Positions 26,573-40,114 of a stretch of DNA of 64,000 nt are shown piece after piece. A program made the translations under genes and the position numbers. Origin of the DNA: Podarcis tiliguerta (Eukaryota); the NCBI GenBank assembly GCA_965153285.1, contig OZ229111.1. One strand, 5' to 3'. The stretch's first letter is position 1; each line of letters begins with the position of its first letter. Under the pieces are notes generated by a model that saw only the letters and a list, made by a program, of their open reading frames with translations, made no database searches and had not been told where the DNA came from.

Positions 26573-26708
26573 CAGGCTTCCTCAGCCTCGGCCATCCAGA
26601 TGTTTTAAGACTACAATTCCCATCGTCCCTGACCACTGGTCCTGCTAACTAGGGACCATGGGAGTTGTAGGCCAAAAACCTCTGGAGGGCCGAGGTTGAG
26701 GAAGCCTG
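26573..26708. mobile_element. hAT-Charlie-type MITE, young copy
   Basis: TIRs CAGGCTTCCTCAGCCTCGGCC / GGCCGAGGTTGAGGAAGCCTG, perfect 8-bp TSD ATTTAACA (26565-26572, 26709-26716). Confidence 0.92.
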
Positions 26709-29700
26709 ATTTAACAGATGTTTTAACTCCCTAGAATGCTGCTGCCTTAATTCTCAGTATCACAAACACTTTGAATACCTATTGCTCTTGGGACTAATCC
26801 GAATGTACATGTGATTATTGAACATGGGTTTGCCAGGGTAAGGGTTAATTTCTGAGTCTTAAAGAAGCAGTAATTGTTGTTGTTGTTGGCAGCTTCCAAC
26901 ATATATAAAAACATCATAAAACATCAAACATTAACAGTAACAATCTGATCTAATATAAAAAGTCACAATAAATTTAAAATAACGTATATCAAATACGTAA
27001 AGCAATATTCAGTCATCCTTTAAAATCTAATAGTAAACAGTAAGCACCTGGTTGACAGGAACAAAACCTGCCCTCTCCTTTACTCCACATGCTTTGCTGC
27101 TTTAATGTTCTTTTCCCTCCAGTCAGCTTACTTCTGGTATCAGAACTAGGCTGAAGGGGGAAAAGTTTTAAAGCAGCAGAGCATAGAGAATACGGCAAGA
27201 ACAGGCTTGATTCTTATAGGATTTATCACTTTAGAGCCAAACTGGCAAGCATGAATGCTATAAACAAACATGCATCTGGTTTGGTCCTTCCTCCAACGCA
27301 ACATTACATCTTTAGTTGCTACTGGTTCAATTTAAAATGTTATATTTACAGCCCAAGAAACCATGATTCACTGGTGTAGGAATGAGTGAAAAGCTCCACC
27401 ACTCCCTGCTCTGAAACCTTCCCTCTTCTTCTTCTTCTTGTATGTTTAGCTGCAGAACTTTCCTGGTTTGTTAAGACATAGTTTCCTGTGATGTCTGAAT
27501 TCAGAAACTTATCCTGATCTGAAGGGAGCACTTAAATCAGTTTCCCAGGTTGACATCATGGTAAACCATGGCTTAACAAACCAGGAAGTCTTATTTAAAG
27601 CCAAGCATGGGGGGGGGGGAGAAGATAAAACATGCAAACTCATTACTTAAGAATGAGATGCCAGGATCTTCAAGAACAGGGCCAACCATCCAGATGTGGA
27701 ATCAGAATAAAAAGCCTGACTTATAACATGTGCTTTTCCAGATTATTTCAAAGGCAATGTACCTAGAGCAGCAATTATGATTGTCACTAACTTATTTTGA
27801 AAGCTCCTTTTTACTACGGCAAGAGACAGCAGTTAAAAGGGAACAAAAGATGAATCAAGGAATGTAGGACACATTGATAGGAGGAGTGGTTCCAAGATGA
27901 CTGGTCAATACTACTGTCATCCTATGTTTCCCGCATTCCACCCCCCAGTACAATAAATGCAGTTTATGGTGTATTCCAAAGGATAGTTTGTTCCTTTTCC
28001 TGTTGTACTTGTGGAGAGCCTCAGACAGGATACATCTGCAGGAATCCCAGAACCTAAACCTGCACAGACCGTACATTTTCTTTCTCTCCCCCCTCCCACC
28101 CCCTGCAACCCTAGTATAGTGATGTTGCCTAACAGGTCATAAAGCTAAGAGAGGTGTCTTCAGTTTTTGTTATTTCGCATCCTTCCTTGTATCCTCCACC
28201 CAGTTCCACGGGACAATATTTGTGCCCAGCCCTCTGATCAGTTCTCATGAGCAGAACAGAGGAGCACCTATCTCTGCCCCAACCATTGTTTGCATGTTTT
28301 GCCTTTACCTAAAGGAAGCAACATGGGTTAGTTGCTGGCAGGGACATTGTTTCTAACAATGTGTTAGATAAATAAATAAATCTCAGCATTTGTAAGGAGG
28401 AGAGCTGTTTTGCAAGAGAGCCATGAGTGACACAGTTACATCTGCAGTTTCCCCATCTTCCTGCTGATGTGGCTCCGCTTTTTGAGAGCACCAACAAAGA
28501 AGTCCCAGCAGCAAAATTTGTGGAAGCATAGAGAAGGGTTTAGTGTGCAAAGCAAGGTGGTGTAATGCCTTAAATATGAGAAAGCGAGACATTTCACATA
28601 TGTTTCTAGAGGGTACTTAACCCACGACACTTAGAGCTGTCATCCTTCAGAACCAATTACCTTCCTAACACATTGAATGCAATCCTATGTATGTTTACCC
28701 AGAAGTAATGGGGCTTGTATCTCAGTAAGTTTGTTTAGGATGCAGCTGCAGTGACCCATGTTTTAGAGGCAAGGAGTTCTCTCATTATATAGTGATAATG
28801 TCCTGCTTCAATGGGGGGGGGGGGAGGTCCTTAAGCCCTTAGTACACTGATTTCAGTGCCTGTTATGATTCTCCTCAGAACACTTCTAAACATGTACTGA
28901 GGGACAGTGAAATTGTTCCTGTGTCAATAGTGTCTAGCCATCTGGAGCCCAGAATTTATACTGGAGGCAGATATGTCCAGCAGTAAATTGGATATAAAGA
29001 TTTGTATTCAGGACGGATCGGAATTATTTTTGTTTCAAAATGGTTATATTTTCATGGGATTTCACAAAAATGCTTTCATTTATTTTCATTAACACAGAAC
29101 ACATTTTTTGTACAACATCCAAACGTTTTCCCCACCCCTCTGTCTTTTCAGTCTAACTGTTTTGTTAAGTGATAGCTTCAGGGAGAAAAAGGATGCTTAA
29201 CCCTTTCTAACTGTACCTCTTCCCTTTCTCCCACTCAGTCATTCTGTTTTCTTTCATCCTGCACTGCAAGTTTAGAACAGGTTTCCATCTTCCATTTGCA
29301 ATTCCATCTGAATGTCAGGGATGCAGGACTTGAACTAGGAAGCTTCATGTCCAGGGAAAGGATCTAGTTTTGTGAGCAGCCAAGCAAGGATTACATGTGT
29401 TCAAGCCACATAGACTTGTTCATGTTCATAAAGATGTTTTGCATGAGCACCCCAGGCTTTCCTATGGAGGGAATTATTTATTTATGTTCACAAGGACTGA
29501 ATCCCCATTCTGCACCTCAAAATGTACCCTTGACTGAGAAGAGACTGGGGAGGTGTTTCATGTACACTGCATCACAGCCAACTTCCCACTCCAGCTACTT
29601 CTAGATATATGCATATGTTATTGATATTTATTTTTCATTTCATTTCTATACCGCTTTATATTTTTACAGAAAAATCTCAAAGCGGTTTACAACAAATTAA

Positions 29701-32329
29701 AACATGAAATAAAACCATCCAGAATAAACATTACCAAAGAAAGTCAAATATAAAGTATACATTAAAAGTGACATAATTAACAGGAAACTAAAATATTATT
29801 TTAAAGATTTCAGCATAAAACATTGCTAGGGAGGTCAACTACAGAAAACACATTTAGCACAGCAAAGTTCACACAAAAAACCTTAACCATTTCAAAAGAA
29901 AGCATTACTAAAGGAAGTTGAATATAAAATGTACATTTAAAACATCATAATTAACAAGAGAATAAAATATTATCATAAACATAGAACATATCTTCTGCTG
30001 TTGCTGCCAAGTCCTGCCCACAGTAATTCATGGCAGGTGGTGGCTGCGGAAACTCAGGCTCAATGACCTGGGTCTGCACTAAGAGAGTTTCTGATGTACG
30101 CAGTGTTCTGCCTGCACTACTGTGAGAGAGGAGTAATACTCCATGTACATCCTCATTGCACATGGCCATAGTCATCTTCACATTGAAATGAGGTGGGAAT
30201 TGTGAATGCAGGAGTTGCGTGCGCATGTCAGAATGCTCACAAAGCTCAAAGATCTACAATACTGAAAATTAGATGTGTAGCTTGGCAGACAGAACAAAGC
30301 CTCCAGATACTAGGAGCCAAGACTACGCTTGCTCAACTGAGCAGTGCGTTCCTCTTGCTTTTAGCTTCAGGGCCTAACAGTTCAGGCCACTAACTCCATT
30401 GGAGTGTCAGGGGCTGGATTTGGGTGTGGCTTTAATTGAGGAATGAAACACACAAGTTAACCATTAAAAAAAAATTAAAGCCCTTCCTCTTAACTAACAT
30501 GGTGAAAATGAAAGCCAGAAGGACTTCAAAAAGCAGAAGGCAATAAAAATTTGTAACCGTGACCCTGATTCCTTTTAAAGTTAGTGGTGGAAAAATGCAT
30601 GTATATAGGGACAGACCTCTCAGCCCAGTACCTTCTCCAGCCACATTATCTTTCATCTCTCCACCTCACACACGCACATGCTTAAGGACACTTCCTGAGC
30701 TGAATGCACTGACCAAAGCTTTCTCTACTATTTTGACCTCTAAGTAGTCAAATGTTCACCACCTAAGTCTAGGCCTCTGTAGTAGCTATGTTACCAGCAC
30801 AACTGTGTCCAGGTACTTGTATGCCAAAGCCGATGGTTGACCTATCAGAGCGCTGATCTGACTCAGATCTGCTGAGCATCATGTGCTTTCAGACCATTCA
30901 TTGGCCCCTCTGGACCTACCTATGCCCACTGTGGGAAATGAACAGAGGAGGTGCTATAACTTCCACTTGTTGCAGCTGGGTCCTTGTCAACTGCTGTAAA
31001 GTTTTCTAAATGGAAGGAATCTGAGCATGCCCCAAAATTTGTCTAAAATATAGCCCAAGAGTTTCGGACCATAGCAATAGGGTGATGCGTGTTCCCTCCA
31101 CCGCCACCCTTCCTTCTGGAAGTTTCTTCACACTTTAGAAATCATGATACTAAATTTTGTGAGCAAAGTGGGGCAGGGGGGAAGCCACAGTAAGAAACTT
31201 GAGAGTGGGATGTGAGGGATCCACCCCCATCCTGCCATTCTGTATTGCTGCTGTGGCTCCTGTCACTCCTATTATTGCTCCTATTACTCCGGCCGCTACT
31301 ACAGGAAAAGCATGGTTGGGAGACAAGCATGTCCGGCAGAGATAGAAGCTCGAGACTGCTGATGCCAGCCCAGTTTCTAAAGATATACCTAGTCAAATGA
31401 CCACAGTCTGTGTGGCTTCTTGGCAGGAAGGAAGTGTAAAACAATTAAAAGGAGCAAGGATGTCTACACAAAACTAGGTTTTGGACAGGTCATTCTTATG
31501 ACCTGGGTGCTGCCCTGCACGTTTCTCAGCCGCCTGTGGGAAATTGCTCCCCAAATGCCTTCTCTCTTCTGATTCCCTGGTATTCCTCTTACCTGCTTTC
31601 CCAGATTCTAATTTAGCCTGGGGGAACATGCCCTTTCTCTTCCAGATTGCCGTCCCCCTCAGCCTCCCACTGTTGTTGTAAGCATATAGGATGCAGTGGC
31701 CAAGGAATGCAAATATTTTAAGTTCATCTGGCCATGGTGTTTCTGAAAAACAAATACTGTTTCCCTTATAAAGCACCATGTATATAAATGTTCGAAGTGT
31801 AATTTATTTCTTATCATTTATTAATACTGTAAGGGGATATTGCACTGCTTAACTCATTCATTAAAGTAGCAGTCAAAAGTGTTACTGGGATATGAATCAA
31901 CATAAGTTCAAGTGCTTACAGATATTTTCTCCTTTTGTAAAACAGAATGTGTGAATTTAAGGTGACAGATCTTTCCTGCTTTTGCAGGATGCCAGTAACC
32001 AGTAGACTGAAACTCGTGAAGCAAATCTTGATATACTACTACTAAGTGTTTCCTCCAATGTTAATTTATTTTCTATTTATAAAACAATTTTTTTAAAAAA
32101 CACCTCTTTAAGTTTTGTGCAGCCTAAGGCTTATCCACACTTACCTTTCCGCTGCTCTTTCCAGACACAATCTGCACTTTAAAGCTCTGTGTCTGAGCAC
32201 CTTTTTTTTTCTTTTTTTCTTTTTTTTTGCTTTGCAGTTTCCCCCTCCCACTCTTAAAAGCTCAGTCAGAGCAAATGACAATCCAAATGGACATTTGCTC
32301 CAGTTGAGCACTAAAGAGGAGGTTTGGGG

Positions 32330-32481
32330 TAGAGATGGGAAGGCCTGGGGTGGGGAAGAAAAATTGGGGGGAGGGGACCAGTCCCCCCCTCCTTTTTTCC
32401 CCAAAGCCGTTTTTTTCAGTTTGGGAAAAAACAGGGGGGAAACCTGGTTTTCCAGGTTTTTTCCAGGCTGTCCCTTCTCTA
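32330..32481. mobile_element. Nested hAT MITE
   Basis: TIRs TAGAGATGGGAAGGCCTGG / CCAGGCTGTCCCTTCTCTA, perfect 8-bp TSD GTTTGGGG (32322-32329, 32482-32489). Confidence 0.88.
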
Positions 32482-32573
32482 GTTTGGGGCAAAAAACAAA
32501 AACAAAACACACGGACACTGAGCTTTTAAGTGTGGACCTGTGCCTGCAAATAGCATGGCCAAAGGTAAGTGTG

Positions 32574-32656
32574 TTGTTTAGTCGTTTAGTCATGTCCAGC
32601 TCTTCGTGACCCCATGGACCAGAGCACGCCAGGCACTCCTGTCTTCCACTGCAGTT
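32574..32656 (-). mobile_element. 5'-truncated BovB (RTE) LINE 3' end
   Basis: TTGTTTAGTCGTTTAGTCATGTCC..CTCTTCGTGACCCCATGGACCAGAGCACGCCAGGC is the reversed BovB tail. 18-bp TSD TGGCCAAAGG(T/C)AAGTGTG at 32556-32573 and 32657-32674. Confidence 0.85.
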
Positions 32657-32905
32657 TGGCCAAAGGCAAGTGTGCATAAGCCCTAAAAAAGAACAATGTA
32701 TAATTACAACACTGAAACAAAAACACAACCTAAAGCCTATAAAACAGCAATATAAAAACACATATAAAAGTGAATTTAAAAAAATAGACAAACCTGAAAT
32801 ATCAAATGTAGTTAGCTCATGATGGTTGATTGATAGAACTACTAGAGTAGATAATAATGAGTGACTGTTGTTCTGTACTATGAACTTGTTTCTTTCTCTC
32901 CCTAG

Positions 32906-33002
32906 ATCTAGTGAGTGGCTATTCTATGACCCCACCCACACTCAGCATCACAGAAGAAGAATACGTGATCAACGCTAAGGACACATTGAATATTACTTGC
33001 AG
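32906..33002 (+). CDS. FLT4: VEGFR3 exon 2 ([33 protein letters not shown])
   Basis: Polypyrimidine tract + TAG acceptor, 97 nt, donor CAG|GTAAGA, phase 1 to 2. YSMTPPTL is the VEGFR3 mature N-terminus. Intron 1 is 28.4 kb. Confidence 0.97.
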
Positions 33003-34357
33003 GTAAGATTAAAAGAACAGTGCCTTTCACAGTTGCCAGCTGTTGTGCCAAAGATTCTGAAAGACCTTTCAAAGACACTCAGTGGGAAACCTCTTTCTGG
33101 TTTCTGGACTGGTGGAAAAGCTGAACTTAAGTTGACTGGTTATGAATACTTGGGACAGAATTGTGGCTCTCCATTTGTGATAGGGGAATTCTGGGTCAGG
33201 GCAGCCAAGAACTGTCAATCATAGCCTATTATAAAATCAGGGGGAACGCTATACATTATGATCACAACCTCCACATTTACTGATTACAGACACTTGAGGG
33301 CTTATAGTAATATTTGACCAATGGATTTTAGTACGCTTTCAAGAAAATGCATGGAATTAGTATTATTTTCACCTGAGCTCCAAATTCAAAAAAGCAACAA
33401 TAAAAGCAAGTTCGAGGGCATATATTATCAATGGTTGAGTGCCAAAGAACATTGCAACTCACTCTGCATGCTGAAAGAGTCTTGAACAGCCCACATAGCA
33501 ATTCACTTAGGAAATGAAAAGGGCTTTTAAAAGTGTGTAATCATGACAAAGAGCAATCCCATCTTAGTACTGCATGCTTTCCAGCAGTTTACTTGGAAGG
33601 AACAGGAATTAGGTTTGTAGGTCTTTGCTGTGGCAGGCAACCATGCAGCCAGGACCTAAAAATTAATGCCCGTTCAAGCATGCACAGGCAGTGTGGTCAT
33701 GTAGCTGCACTTTCCACAGATTCTTTCTACCTAAAGCCTGTGTTGCCTGTTCTTTTCTTCCCCAGGAAACCCTGATCTGCACCTTGAAAAATGTAGCATA
33801 ATTTAGTATGGTTGAGTGCACATCTCCAACCTACTATGTACCCACTTAACTTTTTGCACATATGCCCTTATCCTAAGCCTGTTGGGTAAAACCCTTCCTT
33901 CATTGCCTCCTCCCAAGGACAGAGCAGCAACTATGCTAAGGTTATATCTTTATTTATCTGACAGAGGCTTACAGGGAGCAGGAAAGTGTCTTATTTCCAG
34001 TCTGAGCTCTTATGTGCAAAGCTGCCCTTGCCAAAGCAAAGAGGCTGATCTGTTCTTTGAGTTATCCAAGGGAATCTTCCCAAATAGCAGTTAACTCTGT
34101 TTTGAGCCAGCTCATCTTTAAATCTCAAGGGGGATATGACCAGAAACCCGCCTCATGCTAGGATGAAAACAGCAGGAAGGAAGTATTCCTATCTCCTGCT
34201 TCCAGACCACATATTCAATGCAACTTAAAGCTGGTCAACAGATCTGGAAAAGAATGGGGCCCATATCCTTCATTGGTAGCATGGCTATCCTCCCCACCAA
34301 CACTTACCTCTCCCAAAGTTCGGCTCCCACATTTTTCATTAACATTCAATGATGTAG

Positions 34358-34495
34358 AAGAGCCATAGCTCAGTGGTAGAGCTCATGCATTGCATGTAGA
34401 AGTTCAGTCTCTGGTGCCTCAACCCCACAGACCTAGATCCCTGCAAACCCTGCTTGTTCTGTCTGGGTGATTTGAAAGCAAACAGCGAGGACAAT
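34358..34495 (+). mobile_element. Degraded tRNA-derived SINE (Squam2-like head)
   Basis: A-box TAGCTCAGTGGTAGAGC then TTGCATGTAGAAG; no intact B-box or cloverleaf. Confidence 0.55.
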
Positions 34496-37053
34496 GGCTC
34501 AGGGGTGTGTGGACACAGTTGGTCAGTGCTGCCTGCAAACAGTGCTTTCAGTAGGGAGCTGCATCTCTTTACTTGCTCCACATCTAAATGTTGTCTATGA
34601 TGTCACGCTGTAGGGCACATGGGGAAAATAGCCTTGTGGGCGAAATGGTTTCACCAAGAAGGAGATTTACCATATCATTCTTACTTACCTAGTACCGTCA
34701 TCTCCACTACCTTCTCCCTGCAACAGCTGCTTAATTTGAATCAAATTCCTACTTGTTCAGACGTCTTTAATCTTGCCCAGCTGTGCCTCAGAGTCTCTCC
34801 TCTGGATCATAGACCATCCTGAATGGACATGGTTCACATTAGTGAGAGCCGGGGGAGTTGAATTGCAGAAATATGCAACATCTCGGCCATGGGGGGAAAA
34901 CATGGTTGGGAGGATGCTCAGAGGAGCCAGTAGGAGATTTCTGAAATAAAACATAATTATTTCAAATGAGTATGAAGCAAACGCTCTCCTCAGATTTCAC
35001 TGGAGAATTGGAGATAGATTTGTTTGTCCATGTTGTAACTCAAAGAAGAATGTTCTGGCTGCTGCTTGTGAGCAGCATTTAAACTTACCTTAACCATCCC
35101 AACTTTCTCTGCAAACCTCTGAAGTTTTTGCCTGTTTGCACATGTAATATGATACTGGTTTTCGTTTACTAAGTAGCAGTAGAATATGCACAGTGCACCA
35201 ACTGCTAGTTCCTGTCCAAACGTTGAATCCAGAATGACTGGATATTCCCCATTCTATCTTGTTATCATCCTGACCTTGATTCCACTCCACATGCCTCACA
35301 CTTTTACTTGGAGAATTTATACAAATTAGTTTCATAACTTGAGCATGTTCAGTTTTCTGTGATCTTTGGGGTACCGTATATCTCCAAACTGTGCTAGTTA
35401 TTGATGTGAAGAAACTTACATGTGCATTGATTACACTACAGCATGAAAAGGAGTCTTTATGCGATTGTATACTTGCATCAGGCTTTTTGTTCTGTGGTTT
35501 CAACTATGACTATATAGGCACATGAGCAGTGATAAAACCACAGTGCAAAAAGGAATCTGGATGTGTTCAAGTAGTCACATCAGGATTCCTTTTTGTGGTA
35601 TGATTTCATCAGTGTCTGCACATTGGCAACTAATAAACAGGGCAGGGGGTTATGTTGAAGTGAAAACTGTAACAATGCACAGCCATTGAAAGTCCAGGAA
35701 AAAAACCCCAGAAAATTAATCACTAACTCATCAGTGCAGCTCTGCCAACATGATTAGGTAATTTGGAACCCTGGAGAAAAATCTCTGGAGAAATTCATAT
35801 GAGGATAACTTCACAAGCATCCCTAGATTAAACAAAAAGATTTAAAACAAATTCCTACATAAACATGCCTTGGGCAGCTTCATTATAGAGAGGATATAAA
35901 AGATGCATGCAATTCTTATTCAAGAACTGAGAAGTAGAGCATATGGAAACTGACAGCTGAGCTCCAATAAGAGATGCATAAGAAGCTGGTACTACCAGGC
36001 CTTACTTTGTACAACATGGATAAAGCAAGTACCTAATCAGTCAGCATTCAGACAGAAGTGAGAACTTCTGCTATCTGCAGTTTGATAATGTGACTGTACA
36101 GTGGAGTCTTGTAATTGCCACAATAGAAAAGAGGGAATATGAACACACACACACAGAGTCCAGCAAAGATAAGCAGTAGCCAAATATAATTAGTGGCATG
36201 AAATAACAGGATGGGCCTGCCTTGCAAAAGTGCCTGGAGGAATTTTGCTGTTGTGGATTGTCAGTTTTCCAAACTATCAGCATCTCTAGAAGCTGGGAAC
36301 CTTTAACTGGGATACTTCTGTGAGTTGGATGACACAAGGACTGTCAGCCTTCGTAATCAGACAAATGTAGTGACCACCACTTTCCCTCTTCCTCTCAGAT
36401 GATGAGTGGGCCTTGCCTGTGACATCTCACTGTACTTTGGGAATGCTCACCCACCTTCAAGGTCCAGGACAACTGCAAGGGCAGGCCCACCCTCCTCCAG
36501 CTCTAAGTTGGGAGACAGGTTTAACCCTGGAAGTGCTGGAATGTGGAGAAGCTTGCAAAGCAATGAGACATCTTGCAACTCTGCAATTCTCTCCATGGTG
36601 GCATTACATTTGTGACACTTTTTGGAAAACAACAACAACCATATATATGCTGTTTTTATAGTAATAAATAATAAAAATAAATGCTGAGAACCATACACTA
36701 AATATTTCTCACTTCTACATGCTTAGTGTGCTAGATAGAAAGGGTCAAGCTTTCTTCACAGGTGAGAAGTTGTCACACTTAGGCTGCGTACACATTCCTA
36801 TTTACTCTTCATCCAGTGTGCTCCTACCGCTGATTTGGAAAGCAGGGTACATGCGACATGTTAGCCACAATCCACATCTATCTTGTGGATTCTATGATTC
36901 TGTATTAGAGGAGGAATGCAGCTGAATCCCTAAATTTGCAATGCGGACATTAGAAATGGAGTAGTAAAGGAATTTTAGAATGCCATACCTATTATAGAAG
37001 GCCATAGTAACACATCTAATTCTGCTTCTGTTATTCCTTTTGTTCTGGCGAAG

Positions 37054-37328
37054 AGGGCAGCACCCCCTGGAGTGGTCGTGGCCTGGAGGCCAAGAGGACA
37101 CCGTCCAGATTGGGAAGGAGAGCGATTCAGTGGTGTTGGTGAGTCTCGACGGTGTCCAAACAGTCAAGGAAGAGGATTGTGAGGGCACTGACACAAAGCC
37201 CTACTGCAAGGTCTTGACACTGACAGGGACTCAGGCTAACGACACGGGCTACTACCGCTGTTACTACAAGTACATCAATGCCAAAATCGAGGGCACCACT
37301 GCAGTCAGCACCTATGTATTTGTGAGAG
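37054..37328 (+). CDS. FLT4: VEGFR3 exon 3 (Ig D1: [11 protein letters not shown]...[14 protein letters not shown]...[31 protein letters not shown])
   Basis: 275 nt, AAG acceptor, GAG|GTAAGA donor. Contained in ORF 37040..37453; diagnostic VEGFR3 D1 sequence. Confidence 0.97.
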
Positions 37329-40114
37329 GTAAGAGGGTAAAAGACCTGCACAGCCAAAACAGATTGAACTCCAGGTGGAAGAACGTATTGGCCAAACTGC
37401 ATTCCAGCCTTAAAAAAAAAAAATTTTTGTTGTTGAAACTCTGTATTACATAGCAGGTTGCTTAAGGAAAAGCTACTTGGAGTTAAAATCATTGTGAAGA
37501 GACAGAGGTTACTATCCTCTGAAAGGGAAAGGTTATCACAGTTTCAAATGATGTAAGATTGATGTGCCCATGTACAGTTTTGCCTGCCTGCCTCTATCCT
37601 GACTTACTCTATCATGGCATGCATGGCAGTCAATTTGCAACGTTGATACTGAGTTCCTACACCATGCTGTTAAGGCTTCACTGTTATCTAGGTCAGTGGT
37701 TTCAGAGCCAGGGAGCCCACTTTTAACCTAAACATGCATTTGGAGACCCAATTCTCCCCCCCCCCTTTTTTTTTCTTTTCTTGTGCCATATATTTGCATG
37801 GCAGTATTGCTGCTGTTTCAGCCCACATTGGATCAGGCCACAACCCAGTCGTGGTCCCCAACCACCAATTGAAACCAAGGATTTAGGTGGCTTGGAATTA
37901 CATTAAATATACATAGTTGCATATGTTGTTCTGGAAGGGCACCACCTGTACCTTTGTGCATCAGATAGAAGGGCAGTGTTAAGAGAGGCTGCAATTGCAG
38001 CTATCCAACCTATTTGCAGCAAAACTGTGTGTATGTTTACCTGAAAACTGTGTGTATGTGTATGTTTACCTGAAAGAGCAGGAATTCTACATCATGACTG
38101 AAACTCTACGCTGCCTATGCAGACACACGGTATTTATTGGTTTATTGTGTAGAAGACACTGAGAGGTCACCCGGTTGGGGATGGCTGTTCTAGACTACTC
38201 AGATGTTGTTTGTGCCCTGGGCACAGCGCAAAGTGATAGAGGCTGAGGACATACATGAAATAGTTTTTATTGTTTAGGTTTCTATGGTGAAATCGCTTTG
38301 AGTTGTTTTAGTGATTCATAAATGGAATGAAATAAATAATTGAATAAGAAGAAGGGGGGAACCCCAGAGTATATAGAGGAATCTGTAAGAGAAATTTGAT
38401 GTTTCCCCATCCCCACCAGTTCTGAGGTGGCAAAGGTTCCTCCCGCCACCCATCTCTAGCACCTGGTCATCCTTCACGTCTGCAAATGCTTCTCTGTATT
38501 CTGGTTTCCTCTCTCATCTGCATAACGATGATTAAATCCAGGGGAGTTGAAGAGGGGTGTCAAGTCTTCTGCTGAGAACAAATCAGTATTCATCCTCTTG
38601 TGTGGGATTTCTGATTATAGGCTCTGACTAGGGGATTCAATTACACTGGTGCCTGGGGTGAATGTTTCTGTCAGGCTGGAATGCAGGAATTTTTAGTTCA
38701 ATGGCACCCTAGAACCACAGCAGTGGCCTTGTCTAGGTTTTTGTTGTTGTTGTTGTTGTTTTAAAGAGAGAAATTAAATCAATTGTTTGGAAGGGAAGGG
38801 TGAAACGCAGGAGCTGTTTTGAATAAAACTGAAGCAGAGAAGGATGAAAAACTCTAGTGCTGGAGTCAGAGAGGGTGTAGGAGGCAGAGATTCTCTTTAC
38901 CCCAATCACATACTGTTTTGCCTCTGGCACCTGAATCATAATTTGTGTGTGATATAGCTGGATCTTCCAAACTCCCTAGATTTTTGCCAGTTAATGAAGT
39001 CATGATGTGTTACATTTTCTGCTTTTAAAAGCCTTAAAATTATCCGTTGAGTATGTCCTGTCAGTCAAGCATAATTTTAGATTAAAATTAGGAAAGATTG
39101 TGCACTAGGGGTAAAAAATCTAGGCTCTCTTGTTCATATAGACCTCACTAGTGCTTTGTGATTTTTGTGACTGTGAGGACATATTAATTATCTAGATTTC
39201 TTTAAAACACAGATGCTGCAGGATTCTGAGAACACTTTCTAAAGCATTCCACTTATCCAAAAAACAAATCCTAACCTTTCGTCCCCATTCACCAACTCTG
39301 TTTGTATGATCAAAAGTGTAACTTGAAGGAGCAATCCTAATACCCAGACGGGTTTTGCTGTGCTAGCTCTTGACTGGTTCAGCAGAGAGGTCCAGATTAG
39401 ACCCCTCACCCCTTCCCCACACAGGAATATCCCTTTCTAAGGGTTTGCACTGACTACCACCCACTGCTTTTAGTGAGTGCAGTGGGGAACCAGTGGGTGG
39501 ACTAGAGTTTGCTCTCCCCCTCACGCACGCCAAATGAAGAGGCACATCTTCCACTCTAGGGCAGTGGATTGCATGTTTGGATTGTTCTGCCATCTACCTA
39601 GTAAACTTGGGGATGAGTTTCAAAATGAGATATAATAATTCTAAAGCACAAAAAATGCATTCATCTGGTTTGTGGTGGCTAAGTGAAGAGCAAGCATGTG
39701 CTGTGCAGAGTGCTGTGGTGAGCTGGTCATATCTATCTGTTTCAACACAGATTGGCAAGCACCAGAAAAAATGACAATGCAGTATTACGATTTCATCTTG
39801 GTGCCAAAAATCTGCCTGTACAAGCAGTAATGAGAAATTAAAGCAGAACATAACATCTGAATTGGTGACTGACTTTGCCACTGGTGTTCTGCCTCACCTT
39901 ATTTTCTTAAGAGTCTTGGCTGAGGGCCTTTGTGAAATTATATTTTATAATGGAATGACAATGGGCTTTTACTTGCAAGAAATACTCACATAAGTATCAC
40001 TGGCACTTTCCATACTGGTTACCCTGGCACATAGTTCAGGCCACTTCTAGTTCTATAGTTGTGGTCATTACAATTATCAACAAGAAGATGCATGTCATCT
40101 GTGATGTCACTAGG

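Larger units (their letters stand above)
32128..32683. mobile_element. Long-TIR MITE (PIF/Harbinger-like) hosting two nested insertions
   Basis: ~65-bp imperfect TIRs GGCTTATCCACACTTACCTTT...CACTTTAAAGCTCTGTGTC / GACACTGAGCTTTTAAGTG...AAAGGTAAGTGTG[insert]CATAAGCCC, with TAA on both flanks. Confidence 0.7.

Noticed and set aside
32115-32791. 164-aa and 216-aa ORFs
   Set aside because: They run through nested MITEs and homopolymer tracts, with no protein features.
34363-34410. tRNA gene
   Set aside because: A-box only, no T-arm/B-box or acceptor stem, and it continues into SINE body.
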